From contig CASDUK010000002.1 of the NCBI GenBank assembly GCA_949283975.1, positions 66,932 through 130,931 of the forward strand: DNA of 64,000 nucleotides, written 5' to 3'. This document shows, piece by piece, positions 34,798-44,522 of the stretch (its first letter is position 1; every line of letters begins with the position of its first letter). The translations under genes and the position numbers were made by a program. The notes under the pieces were generated by a model. That model was not told the origin of the DNA and ran no database searches. It worked only from the letters and a program-made list of their open reading frames with translations. The stretch comes from an uncultured Bacillota bacterium. GTDB lineage: Bacteria > Bacillota > Clostridia > Christensenellales > UBA1242.

Positions 34798-35394
34798 ATG
34801 GAAGAAAAACAGCTTATCGAACTTGCAAAATCCGGAAACGCCAACGCTTTGGAGGCCATTCTTTCAAAATATAAAACGCTAGCGGGGAAAGTTGCCAGGC
34901 GCTATTTTCTTGCCGGGCAAGATGAAGATGACCTTTATCAAGAGGCAATGATTGGCCTATTTAAAGCGCTTCAATCCTTTAGCGGAGTTGGAGAATTTTC
35001 AAACTTTGCCGCCCTTTGCATAAACAGGCAAATTCAAAGCGCAGTTAAAGCCGCAAACAGAAAGAAAAACAAGGCATTAAACGAATATATAAGCCTAAAC
35101 AATCAAGGAGGAATTGACCTTGGGTGGGAAGACGACGAAGACGATGTTTTGCTATATATTATTCCCTCAACAGAACAACTTCCAGACGACAAGCTAATCT
35201 CAAAAGAAAAGCTTGAAGAGATGAAAAAACAAATAATTGGCGCACTTAGCACCTATGAAAAAAAAGTTTTAACGCTATACCTAAAAGGGCTTTCCTACAA
35301 GGAAATTGCAGGCGCCTTGGGCAAGCAAACAAAAAGCGTTGAAAACGGCCTTTCAAGAATAAAATCTAAACTGAGTTTTTTAAAACTTAAATAA
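34798..35394 (+). CDS. sigH: Sigma-70 family RNA polymerase sigma factor, SigH-like
   Basis: ARRYFLAGQDEDDLYQEAMIGLFKALQSF...FAALCINRQIQSAVKAANRKK... resembles SigH regions 2-3. The C-terminal LSYKEIAGALGKQTKSVENGLSRIKSKL is region 4. Confidence 0.75.
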   Translation: MEEKQLIELAKSGNANALEAILSKYKTLAGKVARRYFLAGQDEDDLYQEAMIGLFKALQSFSGVGEFSNFAALCINRQIQSAVKAANRKKNKALNEYISLNNQGGIDLGWEDDEDDVLLYIIPSTEQLPDDKLISKEKLEEMKKQIIGALSTYEKKVLTLYLKGLSYKEIAGALGKQTKSVENGLSRIKSKLSFLKLK

Positions 35395-36535
35395 TTCCCC
35401 AAACAAAGGTAAAAATTGTTATAAGCGAGCCTAAAAGGATTGTTGCATAGAAGAAAAGCTTGTCAAGCGGCGTTGGCTTAATTGCCGGCTCCATATAAAA
35501 GCCCAAAACTTCATATGGAATTTTAACGCTCAACGTGTTTTTAGCTGAATTTTTTGCAAAAATAAGAGGGGGAAACAAGGGCTTTTCGGCCTCCCTTTTT
35601 TCTTGGGGCTCAATGTCCTCTAAAACTTCCTCTCTCATTGCCATAAGCGTTGCATTTTCTGCGAAATTAGTAAGAGATTTTTGTGCATTAATTTTTAAAA
35701 GCCAGCCAATTAAAATGAAAAGCAAAAAGAGCAAAAGCGTTAGCAAAAGCGCAATTACTATAACATTGCTAAATATGCTTCCATTTGAAAGATATGACGA
35801 AATTCCGCTGTAAAAATTTTGCCCAAAAATTCCCCTTGCTTCGGCAAATTCCAAATAAACATTAATTCCGTTGTTCATGAAGTGGATTATAATTGCAGGA
35901 ACGATGCTCCTTGAATAAAGCGTTACAACGGCCAAAACAAACCCAATAACTGTTGCATAGAAAAATTGGTTAACATTCAAGTGAACAAGCCCAAACATCA
36001 GCGCAGAAAAAACAACAGCTTTTTTAAAGCCAAGTTTTTTATATCCGCTAAGTAAAAGCCCTCTGTGGGTAAATTCTTCGCAAATTGCCGGAAGAATTGC
36101 AACGGTTAAAAGCGAAAGAAAAAAGTTTCCCCAAGTTGGATCAACCGCTGTTCCAGACGTGGTTGCCGCGTGATAACCCAAAAGCGAGAGAATGTATGAG
36201 AAAAATGTGCTAACTGCAATGTTTAAAATAAAGACAATTAGGCCAATTGCAATTGAAATTAAAACAGTTTTGTAATTTGGTTTTTTAAAAGAAAAATTTT
36301 CAAGCGTTTGCCTTGGTTTTGTTTTGTTGAGCTTTGAAAACAAAAAAAGAGGCAAAACAACCATTAATCCAACTTGAGTTACAAGCGTTAAAACAAGGTC
36401 TGCGCTGCCCCCCAAGAATGAAAAAACGCCAACAGAAGAACAAATCCTCAAACAAACAAAGAGAACAACAATTATAAAATAAACCAAATTTGTATTAAAA
36501 ATTTCACTATTCTTTTTCAACTTATTCAATTTCAT
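35387..36535 (-). CDS. CPBP-family intramembrane glutamic endopeptidase
   Basis: CEEFTHRGLLL, FGLVH and HFMNN motifs. Polytopic membrane protein. Confidence 0.8.
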   Translation of the reverse strand: MKLNKLKKNSEIFNTNLVYFIIVVLFVCLRICSSVGVFSFLGGSADLVLTLVTQVGLMVVLPLFLFSKLNKTKPRQTLENFSFKKPNYKTVLISIAIGLIVFILNIAVSTFFSYILSLLGYHAATTSGTAVDPTWGNFFLSLLTVAILPAICEEFTHRGLLLSGYKKLGFKKAVVFSALMFGLVHLNVNQFFYATVIGFVLAVVTLYSRSIVPAIIIHFMNNGINVYLEFAEARGIFGQNFYSGISSYLSNGSIFSNVIVIALLLTLLLFLLFILIGWLLKINAQKSLTNFAENATLMAMREEVLEDIEPQEKREAEKPLFPPLIFAKNSAKNTLSVKIPYEVLGFYMEPAIKPTPLDKLFFYATILLGSLITIFTFVWGII

Positions 36536-36577
36536 CCTACTTAATATTATATAAAACTTTTTCCAAAATAAAACCCC

Positions 36578-37558
36578 CTATCCCATAAAAGTTCCAACAC
36601 ACCAAATTACAACCGCCAATATGAGAGATGTTGAAAACATTAAAATGCTTCGTGATGATGAAAATTTTTTGTCGCGGGCAGCGCTAACCTCTTTATAAAT
36701 TTCATTTTGCGTCTTTTCATCTTCTTTTTTCCTTTCCTTCATAAAATAGAAAACAAGCCAAATTAAAAGCCCGCCAACAACCGCGGCAATAAATGAAACG
36801 GCAATTAGCCACGGCTCGAAGACAACTTCTGCTTCGCCGCCAGTGTTAAGCACTATATAGTTATATATAACGACAATTGCGTTGTTTAAAAAGTGAACCA
36901 AAGAGCTTGCAAAAATTGACCCTGACTTTAAAACAATTAATGCTAGAACGACCCCCAAAATTAGTTGATAGAAAAACTGCATTGCGCTTCCGTGAGCCAG
37001 GGCGAAAAAAAGCGCCGAAATTAAAACCGCCCAAACCGAACCAAACTTTCTTAGCCCGTTGAAAATAACGCCCCTGTAAAGCAGCTCTTCGCAAATTGCC
37101 GGCAAAACGGCAAGAATTAAAATGTTTAAAATAAGCCACCCAGCGTTTGAAAGAGGAAGAGGAAGGCTTGTGTCTGGGTTATAGCCAATTCCCTGAAGCA
37201 AGCTCATTAAATAGTTAATTAAATACATGCTTCCAAAAAGCATAATTGGCGCAATAATAACACACAAAAGCGCATTTAAAAGCCCAAATTTTGGCTTTAA
37301 AAGGCTTGCTTTAACAAAATCTGTTTTCGTAACACGATTATAAACAAAAAACAACCCAACAAAACTTGCGTTTACAATTAACATATAAATTGAATACAGC
37401 GCTGGGCTTTGTGAAAAATTGATTAAATCAAAAGCGTTTGCAATTAGGTTTAGAAAAATTGTTGCAACAAGCCCAATAACAACTGGAACAACAAGCGTTA
37501 GTAAAAACATTGTTCCAGAATCTTCATCGGTGTAGAGATTTCTTTGAAAGTCTTTCAT
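36578..37558 (-). CDS. CPBP-family intramembrane glutamic endopeptidase
   Basis: CEELLYRGVIF, FALAHG and HFLNN motifs. Confidence 0.8.
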   Translation of the reverse strand: MKDFQRNLYTDEDSGTMFLLTLVVPVVIGLVATIFLNLIANAFDLINFSQSPALYSIYMLIVNASFVGLFFVYNRVTKTDFVKASLLKPKFGLLNALLCVIIAPIMLFGSMYLINYLMSLLQGIGYNPDTSLPLPLSNAGWLILNILILAVLPAICEELLYRGVIFNGLRKFGSVWAVLISALFFALAHGSAMQFFYQLILGVVLALIVLKSGSIFASSLVHFLNNAIVVIYNYIVLNTGGEAEVVFEPWLIAVSFIAAVVGGLLIWLVFYFMKERKKEDEKTQNEIYKEVSAARDKKFSSSRSILMFSTSLILAVVIWCVGTFMG

Positions 37559-37623
37559 TTGCTCTTATTATATCAAATCAAATAAAAAATCAAAACAATT
37601 CAATTCTTATTTTTATTTAAACC

Positions 37624-37651
37624 AAAAAAAGACACAACTTTTCGTTGTGCC
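37624..37651 (-). terminator. Intrinsic terminator after the substrate-binding protein gene
   Basis: Minus strand: GGCACAAC-gaaaa-GTTGTGTC followed by T7. Confidence 0.8.
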
Positions 37652-37667
37652 AATTTTTTTGTTTTTT

Positions 37668-38672
37668 TTAGGCTGCCAAACTTTCAATTGCGCGCTGTGC
37701 ATAACTGTTGTCAACAACATCTGCAAAGTTAACTCTCTTTTCAAGCTCGCCAGCGTTGTCCATCATGTCCTGAAGGCGTGTGAATGATTCTTCGCTCATA
37801 ACCGGCGTGCTCATCCATGCATCATAGGCAATATAGTTTCTAACAGAAGAAATTATAATACTGTCTGACGTTGTTGAGAAAGATGGGCGAAGAGCCGTTA
37901 AAATTCCCTCATCTGTTGCCTCAATTAAATAGTTATAGCCTTTGATTACTGCTCTTAAGAATTTCTCAATTTTTTCAGAGTTGTTGTCCATATAGCTTTG
38001 CATTGCCATAAAGCAAGTAAACGGAATTTCGCCGCTCGCCTCGCCAACAGAGGCAACTATATAGCCCTTTCCGGCGGCAACATATTCGCTTGCTGTTGGC
38101 TCAAACATTGTGCAGTAATCTCCCTGCCCCGCTTCAAAAGCCCCAACAACAAGGTCGAAAGCAACATCTAAGTTTATGTTACACTGCCCAACGCCAACTC
38201 CAACTTCAAGCCCGGCATTTTCAACAGCCATCTGAAGAGACATTGCCGGCGATCCTCCTCGCCTTCCGCCAATAATTTCCTTCCCGGCAAGATTTTCCCA
38301 GCTGAAAGAAGGCTCTTGTACCCTTCCAACCAAAAGCGATCCATCGCGCTTTGTCAACTGGCCAAAGATAACCGGTGTGTTGCTTGCACCTTCGCCAACA
38401 ACATAAACCGCTGTTTCTGGGCCCAAAAGCGCAATGTCCGCACTTCCACTTAGAAGAGCCGTCATGCTTTGATCTGAGCCGCCGCCATTGGTAAGGTCTA
38501 TTTCAATTCCTTCCTCTTCAAAATAGCCAAGATTAATTGCTGCGTAGAATGGCGCATAAAAAATGCTGTGGGTAACTTCATTCAAACGAATTACGTTGTC
38601 ATTCCCACAGCCTGCAAACACAACCGAAACACTTCCAACAATTAAGGCTAAAAAAATTGCAAATTTTTTCAT
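37668..38672 (-). CDS. ABC transporter substrate-binding lipoprotein (NMT1/THI5-like, NitT/TauT family)
   Basis: Lipobox VFAGCG. SsuA/THI5-like fold features. No cognate permease or ATPase is adjacent. Confidence 0.65.
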   Translation of the reverse strand: MKKFAIFLALIVGSVSVVFAGCGNDNVIRLNEVTHSIFYAPFYAAINLGYFEEEGIEIDLTNGGGSDQSMTALLSGSADIALLGPETAVYVVGEGASNTPVIFGQLTKRDGSLLVGRVQEPSFSWENLAGKEIIGGRRGGSPAMSLQMAVENAGLEVGVGVGQCNINLDVAFDLVVGAFEAGQGDYCTMFEPTASEYVAAGKGYIVASVGEASGEIPFTCFMAMQSYMDNNSEKIEKFLRAVIKGYNYLIEATDEGILTALRPSFSTTSDSIIISSVRNYIAYDAWMSTPVMSEESFTRLQDMMDNAGELEKRVNFADVVDNSYAQRAIESLAA

Positions 38673-38763
38673 CTATCCTCCTTTAAAAATTTTTAACTAA
38701 AGCATTTTATGATTTATAAAAACTTTTTGTTATTTTGAAAGCACAAAACATATCTTTATATAG

Positions 38764-39594
38764 ATGAGATCACTTAGAATTCACCCTGCAACCTTTCTCT
38801 TTTTAATTCTGCTTTTAATAACCGGCTATGGCTCGGTTTTAATTCCATATATGATTTCAATTGTTATTCATGAGTTTTCTCACGCCGCAGTTGCAAAAAA
38901 ACTTGGCTATTGCTTGGATAAAATCTGGATTCTTCCATATGGCGCATCAATTTCCTTTAAAGAACATTTTTTCAACCCAGAAGATGAAATTAAAATTGCA
39001 ATTGCCGGGCCGCTTTCCAACGTTGTCTTGCTTGTTTTAACAATTTCTCTTTGGTGGATTTTCCCGTCAACATATGTTTTTACCTATTCGTTTGCAATTT
39101 CAAATTTTTCAATTGCCGCGTTCAACCTTCTTCCCGCCTTTCCGCTAGACGGAGGACGAATTTTAAATTCAATTTTAAAATCAAAGTTAAAAGCAAGCGT
39201 TGCAACAAAAATTTCAACCGTTTTAAACTTTTTCTTTTCGGTTTGTTTCTTAATTCTATTTGTTATCTCCTGCTTTTACACAATAAACTTTTCGTTTGGC
39301 CTTATTGCAATTTTTCTTTTCATTGGAATTATTGAGGGCTATTTCCAAGGAACTTACTATCCAATTCTGTCAAACCTTTCCAAGCGCAATCGCCAAATTC
39401 TTCCGGTTAAATCCTTTTGCGTTGAAAGCACTGTTCCGCTTTACAAAGTTCTTTCCCAAATTGGCAGAAACAAATTTAACATAATTTATGTTCGCTATCC
39501 AAAAGGCCAAATTAAAATTATTTCAGAGGAAAAACTTAGAAAAATTTTTGAAGAAGGCTCGCTTGAAAAGCAAATTGGAGAACTTTTAAATTAA
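38764..39594 (+). CDS. Site-2 protease family (M50) membrane metalloprotease, SpoIVFB-like
   Basis: HEFSHAAVAKKLG (HExxH), FNLLPAFPLDGGR. Confidence 0.8.
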   Translation: MRSLRIHPATFLFLILLLITGYGSVLIPYMISIVIHEFSHAAVAKKLGYCLDKIWILPYGASISFKEHFFNPEDEIKIAIAGPLSNVVLLVLTISLWWIFPSTYVFTYSFAISNFSIAAFNLLPAFPLDGGRILNSILKSKLKASVATKISTVLNFFFSVCFLILFVISCFYTINFSFGLIAIFLFIGIIEGYFQGTYYPILSNLSKRNRQILPVKSFCVESTVPLYKVLSQIGRNKFNIIYVRYPKGQIKIISEEKLRKIFEEGSLEKQIGELLN

Positions 39595-39613
39595 AAAATT
39601 TTAGTTTTTATAT

Positions 39614-39642
39614 TTGTAATAAAGAGAATTATTTGTTATACT
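39614..39642 (+). promoter_or_regulatory. Promoter placed for a leaderless transcript of the DUF4132 gene
   Basis: TTGTAA, 17 nt spacer, TATACT, then 7 nt to ATG 39650. No SD. Confidence 0.55.
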
Positions 39643-39649
39643 TTTAAAT

Positions 39650-41833
39650 ATGGAAATACTGAAGGATATCAAACAAATTGAAGAAAAACTAAAAACAACA
39701 TTCGGCTTTGAAATTGATGTTGATGTTGAAAGATTTATTAAGGATAATTTAACAGAATTAGAACTTGAATTTCTTTCCTCTAACATTACAAAAAAGGAAA
39801 TTAAAAATGAAGATATAGACAATGTTTCAGATTTAATCTTTCAACTTAGAAACTACATGTTTGCTCTTTCAAATTTTGTTAAGCTGCTTTTAATTTCTAA
39901 AAATTATGAAAGCGTTTTCTATTTTGTTAAGAAAATCTTTGTTGGGCAAATTGGCCAAATTAAATATTCTTCAACAAAACTGCCCTACACTTTTATTGAA
40001 AGATATTTTGACAGGTTTGTTGAAATTGTTAAAAATTGTGACATTGAAAAATGTTTGTATCTTCCGCTTATAATAAAAGCCTTTGAAAGCGACAAGGCAG
40101 AAATTCTATACAGCTGGAAGCGCCCTGCAATTGAGTTTATGCAAAACTTCTTTAACGAAAACGAGGATTGGACGCTTGACTACATTAAAACAAACACGGA
40201 AAACAAATATAAACTCCTTGAAATTATAACCGATTTCAACACTGCAAGAGGAATTAGGCTTTTGATTGATGACTTTATTTCAGATGATGCAGACGAACAA
40301 CAAAACAGCCACATTCTAAAAAAATATAAGCGCGAAACTTTTTTAGAGTTAGACAAAAGACTTTATGGAAACATTTCAGATGAAGAAAAGGAAAGGCTTT
40401 CCGGCGTTTTTGTCGCCTTTGGAAGCGACAACGAAGCGCTAACCCGTCTAAACGACCTTTATGAAAAAGCAACAAATCCAATTTTAAAACTTGCTCTTGC
40501 AGAGCGCCTAGAAATTATTAAAAGCCCAAATGTTAAAACAGAAAAACAGTTTGTTTACGCTGCAAGAAGAAAAATTAAAGACCCCCAAGAAAGAACGCTT
40601 GGAATTGTTTTTGACAAGATTGACCTGAAACTTAAAAGCGGCCAGGCGGCAGATAATGTTGTTAAAACATATCTAATTTCTGTCTTTAAAGCGCAAAACA
40701 ACCTTTCAAAACTTATAGATTTAAATTATTTAAAAAATGTTTTTGAAATTTCTGGCCTTGAAGAATTTGCCGAAAAGCTTTTTGAAGTTCTTTCAAACAA
40801 AGAGGACATAAAGGAAGCAAAATGGGCAATTAGATTCTGTTCGCTTTTAGGAAGTGAAAATCTTTCGGAAGAGATGGCAAACTTCTGTTGCATGCTTTTT
40901 GCTTACAACCGAGTTAAAGAAGCAAAATATCTAACTGAATGTTTGGCAAATTCTGGAAGAGAGGCGGCTGTTAAAATTTTCTCTTCACAAATTTTCCAAA
41001 AGTTTGAAGATGAGGAATGGAAAAATAATGTAATTCAAACCCTATCTAGAAAAGCAGATTTAGACATGGAAGAAATTGAAGACCGTCTTTCTGTTGGAAA
41101 AACCAGCCAAGAAGAAATTGCAAAGCAAACAAAAAGGCTTTATGCTGCATATTTAAACGGAAGAGAATTTCAAGAAAAAAACTTTGACAATCTTTGCGGT
41201 GTTGAACCTTTTAAATCGCTCTACAGTCGCCTTATTTGGGGAGAATATAAGGGAGACAAACTCTATAACGCTTTTGTGGTTTCTTTAAATGAAGAGGGCT
41301 TGCCGTTTAGAAAATATCTTCTAAAACTTCTTGATGAGCCAGCGGAAAACTTTGGGGTTAAAATTCTTCACACGCTTGACATTGACGACAGGTTTGACAA
41401 AATTACTGGCGCAATTGAAAACCCGCTTTTCAACCAATTTAAAAAGATTAAATTTGATGTAAAAGATTTTAAGCCGCAAACAACCGAAATTAACAATTTT
41501 AATGGAATGTTTGTTAATGCAGAAAGTTTTGTTGAAAAAATTTCAAAATTTGGGTTTAAAATTAACAGAAATGAAGGTGAAATAACCTTTGGTTCGCTAA
41601 TTTTGTTAAATTTAGAGTTAAAACTTGGTTGTATAATTGAATTTAGCAAACCAATTACGCTTTCCCAAGCATATTCAAACCTTGGAAGCATCTATTTCTT
41701 TAAGCAGAAGGATTTGCTTTTGGACGGCGAAAAATATATTTACAGCAAGAACAACGCGCTTTCTGTTTTCTCCCTTCCGCCAAGATTTTTCGATTTCTGC
41801 CTCTCCTCTGTTGTTCTTTCTCTTCAAGGCTAA
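39650..41833 (+). CDS. DUF4132-like large cytoplasmic protein
   Basis: The C-terminal third has TKRLYAAYLNGREFQEKNFDNLCGVEPFKSLYSRLIWGEY...ILHTLDI...NPLFNQFKK. This resembles the DUF4132 pattern (RLE.AM...W....P....RLVWG ... HP..L ... QPF.QL) recalled from memory. The N-terminal part is helical-repeat-like. Confidence 0.5.
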   Translation: MEILKDIKQIEEKLKTTFGFEIDVDVERFIKDNLTELELEFLSSNITKKEIKNEDIDNVSDLIFQLRNYMFALSNFVKLLLISKNYESVFYFVKKIFVGQIGQIKYSSTKLPYTFIERYFDRFVEIVKNCDIEKCLYLPLIIKAFESDKAEILYSWKRPAIEFMQNFFNENEDWTLDYIKTNTENKYKLLEIITDFNTARGIRLLIDDFISDDADEQQNSHILKKYKRETFLELDKRLYGNISDEEKERLSGVFVAFGSDNEALTRLNDLYEKATNPILKLALAERLEIIKSPNVKTEKQFVYAARRKIKDPQERTLGIVFDKIDLKLKSGQAADNVVKTYLISVFKAQNNLSKLIDLNYLKNVFEISGLEEFAEKLFEVLSNKEDIKEAKWAIRFCSLLGSENLSEEMANFCCMLFAYNRVKEAKYLTECLANSGREAAVKIFSSQIFQKFEDEEWKNNVIQTLSRKADLDMEEIEDRLSVGKTSQEEIAKQTKRLYAAYLNGREFQEKNFDNLCGVEPFKSLYSRLIWGEYKGDKLYNAFVVSLNEEGLPFRKYLLKLLDEPAENFGVKILHTLDIDDRFDKITGAIENPLFNQFKKIKFDVKDFKPQTTEINNFNGMFVNAESFVEKISKFGFKINRNEGEITFGSLILLNLELKLGCIIEFSKPITLSQAYSNLGSIYFFKQKDLLLDGEKYIYSKNNALSVFSLPPRFFDFCLSSVVLSLQG

Positions 41834-41876
41834 CCAAATTGGCAAAAATTGAATAAACATTTTAAGGAGCTAATTG

Positions 41877-43247
41877 ATGAAAATATATAATTCTTTAACG
41901 CGAAAAAAAGAGGAATTAACAAGCCAAAATAACATAATTAAAATGTATACCTGTGGCCCAACAGTTTATTATTTTCCCCACATTGGAAATATGAGGGCAT
42001 ATATTTTTATGGATTTACTTAGAAAATCGCTTAAATATTGCGGCTTTAAAATTGAAGGCGTTATGAACATAACAGACGTTGGCCATTTGGTTTCAGACTC
42101 TGACGAGGGCGAAGATAAAATGGAAATTGCCGCAAAAAGGGAAAATAAAGATCCATATGAAATTGCAAAATTTTACACCGATTGCTTTATTAAAGACACC
42201 TCTCGTCTCAACATAGAACTTCCGGAACATATTGCAAAGGCAACCCAACACATTGATGAAATGATTGATTTTATTAAAAAACTTAAAGAGAAAGGTTACA
42301 CATATATAATTGATGACGGCGTTTATTTTGACGTTCAAAAATTCAAAGGTTATGGCCAGCTTTCTGGAAAGGACCTTTCAGCCGTTGGAGAAAGCCGAAT
42401 TGATGAAAACAATCAAAAACACCACCCGTTTGACTTTGCCCTTTGGAAATTTGTTCCCGAAAACCATATTATGAAGTGGAACAGCCCTTGGGGCGTTGGC
42501 TGCCCCGGTTGGCACATTGAGTGCTCTGCCATGGGCGAAAAATATCTTGGAAATTCAATTGACATTCACACGGGTGGAATTGACCACAAACCAATCCACC
42601 ACGAAAATGAAATTGCCCAAAACGACGCGAAGGAAGGCAAAAGAGTTGTTAAAAACTGGATGCATGTTGAATTTTTGCAAGTTGACGGCGGAAAGATGAG
42701 CAAAAGCCTTGGAAATCTTTACACTTTGGATGATTTGATTAAAAAAGGCTACTCTCCTTTGGATTTTAGATATATGAATCTTTTAACCCACTATCGCAAG
42801 GCGTTAAATTTCACATTTGAAAGCTTAGACGCTTCTGCTTCTGCGTTAAAATCATTAAAAAATCTTGTTTTAGAGCATAAGGGCGCACACAATAAAACAA
42901 AAGAAGAAGTTTTAAAAAGCTATGAGGATCAGTTTGTTGCGGCAATTTCAGACGACCTAAACATTCCTCTTGCCCTTGGTGTTCTTTGGAAAATGTTAAA
43001 ATCTGAGAAAAAATCAAAAGACATTTTCCTTTTGGCAGAAAAATTTGACAGCATTTTCAGCCTTGACCTAGGAAAGGAAACTAAGTTAGAAGAAATTCCA
43101 GAAGAAATTTTAAATTTGGCAAATCAAAGAAAAATTGCAAGAGAAAACAAAGATTATGCAAAATCCGATGAAATTAGAAATTTAATTTCATCTAAGGGTT
43201 ACACAATTTTAGACACTAAAGAAGGTTTTGAAATTAAAAAGAATTAA
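41877..43247 (+). CDS. cysS: Cysteine--tRNA ligase
   Basis: HIGNMRAY (HIGH), KMSKSLGN (KMSKS), CPGWHIEC. Confidence 0.93.
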   Translation: MKIYNSLTRKKEELTSQNNIIKMYTCGPTVYYFPHIGNMRAYIFMDLLRKSLKYCGFKIEGVMNITDVGHLVSDSDEGEDKMEIAAKRENKDPYEIAKFYTDCFIKDTSRLNIELPEHIAKATQHIDEMIDFIKKLKEKGYTYIIDDGVYFDVQKFKGYGQLSGKDLSAVGESRIDENNQKHHPFDFALWKFVPENHIMKWNSPWGVGCPGWHIECSAMGEKYLGNSIDIHTGGIDHKPIHHENEIAQNDAKEGKRVVKNWMHVEFLQVDGGKMSKSLGNLYTLDDLIKKGYSPLDFRYMNLLTHYRKALNFTFESLDASASALKSLKNLVLEHKGAHNKTKEEVLKSYEDQFVAAISDDLNIPLALGVLWKMLKSEKKSKDIFLLAEKFDSIFSLDLGKETKLEEIPEEILNLANQRKIARENKDYAKSDEIRNLISSKGYTILDTKEGFEIKKN

Positions 43248-43249
43248 AA

Positions 43250-44488
43250 ATGGCAAAACAAACAAAAGAAAAAAAACTTAAAAACGATTTGGCCATTAGA
43301 ACAATAATTTTTGTGTTTGTTGTTCTTGCGCTTTGTTGCACTTTTTTCTTCCAAGAAAAGGTTGAAAATTTTGTAAACTTTGCGCTAAATAAAGATGCTC
43401 CGGCAACTGTTATTGACCAAGACGGAATGGTTTTTCACTTTGTTGATGTTGGCCAGGCAGATTCAACAATAATTGAGTTCCCAACCGGAGAGGTTATGGT
43501 TGTTGATTGCGGCCACTACACTTCCCCTTCCAGCCAAAAATTTCAAAGTTATTTGGAAACAATTGATTTAAGATATGAAAACGGAGAAAAAGTTATAGAC
43601 TATTTGGTTTTAACCCACCCAGATTCCGACCACATTGGCGGCGCTAGCTATGTTTTTGAAAACTACTTGGTTAAAAACTGTTACCTTCCCCAAATTTATT
43701 ACAGCGAAGATGGAACATCTCCGGTTGCCGGAACTGTTATCTCAACAGATGAAAGATATGGCCAAGTTTGGGCTCTTGTTGAAAGCGAGGTTGAAAACTT
43801 TGGCTGCACCAAAATTTATACTTCCGAATTTTTAACAATTGAATCCCAAAATTTTTCAAAAGATCAAATGAACGAAAATTCAAGCATGTGGCTTGTTGAA
43901 TTTTTTACGCCAATAACAGGGGCGCATTACACAGACGGAAACACAAACCTTGCCCTAACAAACGAATATTCTCCAATTATGATTATAAGTTACATGGGAA
44001 AGAAAGTTATGTTAACCGGCGATGCTGGAGAAACTGTTGAAACAGATTTTCTAAAGAGAGTTGTTGATGGAACTTATGGCTATCCAATAAGCTACTTTGA
44101 TATTGACGTTTTAAAGGTTGGCCACCATGGAAGCAAATATTCTTCAACCGAGGAATTTTTAAGCGTTGCCATGCCCGAAATTGCAATAATCTCAGTTGGA
44201 AATAACAGCTATGGTCACCCTGCAAGTGAGGTAATAGATCGCCTTGCCCAAACGGGAATGAACGAAATGAACATCTATCGAACAGATCGAAACGGAAACA
44301 TTGCAATTGGCGTTTCTAAAGGCGGCGTTCTTTCGCTTGAAGCAGATCATGTTCAATACACACTTATTGAATTTAAGCTTTGGCAAATAATTTTAATTGC
44401 GGCGGGAGCTAGCGCAATTATAATTTACTTGCCATATGTTGTTAAAGTTGTGAAAATCCATAAAAAAGCCAAAAAATTAAAAATATAA
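43250..44488 (+). CDS. ComEC/Rec2-related metallo-beta-lactamase-fold membrane protein
   Basis: FHFVDVGQADSTIIEF, LTHPDSDHIGG, VGHHGSKYSS, YGHP. TM segments at both termini. Confidence 0.75.
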   Translation: MAKQTKEKKLKNDLAIRTIIFVFVVLALCCTFFFQEKVENFVNFALNKDAPATVIDQDGMVFHFVDVGQADSTIIEFPTGEVMVVDCGHYTSPSSQKFQSYLETIDLRYENGEKVIDYLVLTHPDSDHIGGASYVFENYLVKNCYLPQIYYSEDGTSPVAGTVISTDERYGQVWALVESEVENFGCTKIYTSEFLTIESQNFSKDQMNENSSMWLVEFFTPITGAHYTDGNTNLALTNEYSPIMIISYMGKKVMLTGDAGETVETDFLKRVVDGTYGYPISYFDIDVLKVGHHGSKYSSTEEFLSVAMPEIAIISVGNNSYGHPASEVIDRLAQTGMNEMNIYRTDRNGNIAIGVSKGGVLSLEADHVQYTLIEFKLWQIILIAAGASAIIIYLPYVVKVVKIHKKAKKLKI

Positions 44489-44522
44489 TTTTGGCTAGTT
44501 TATGCAATAATAAGGAAGAAAC

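Noticed and set aside
37668-38763. A TPP or other riboswitch ahead of the NMT1/THI5-like binding-protein gene.
   Set aside because: The upstream region is only about 90 nt, AT-rich and lacks conserved riboswitch cores.
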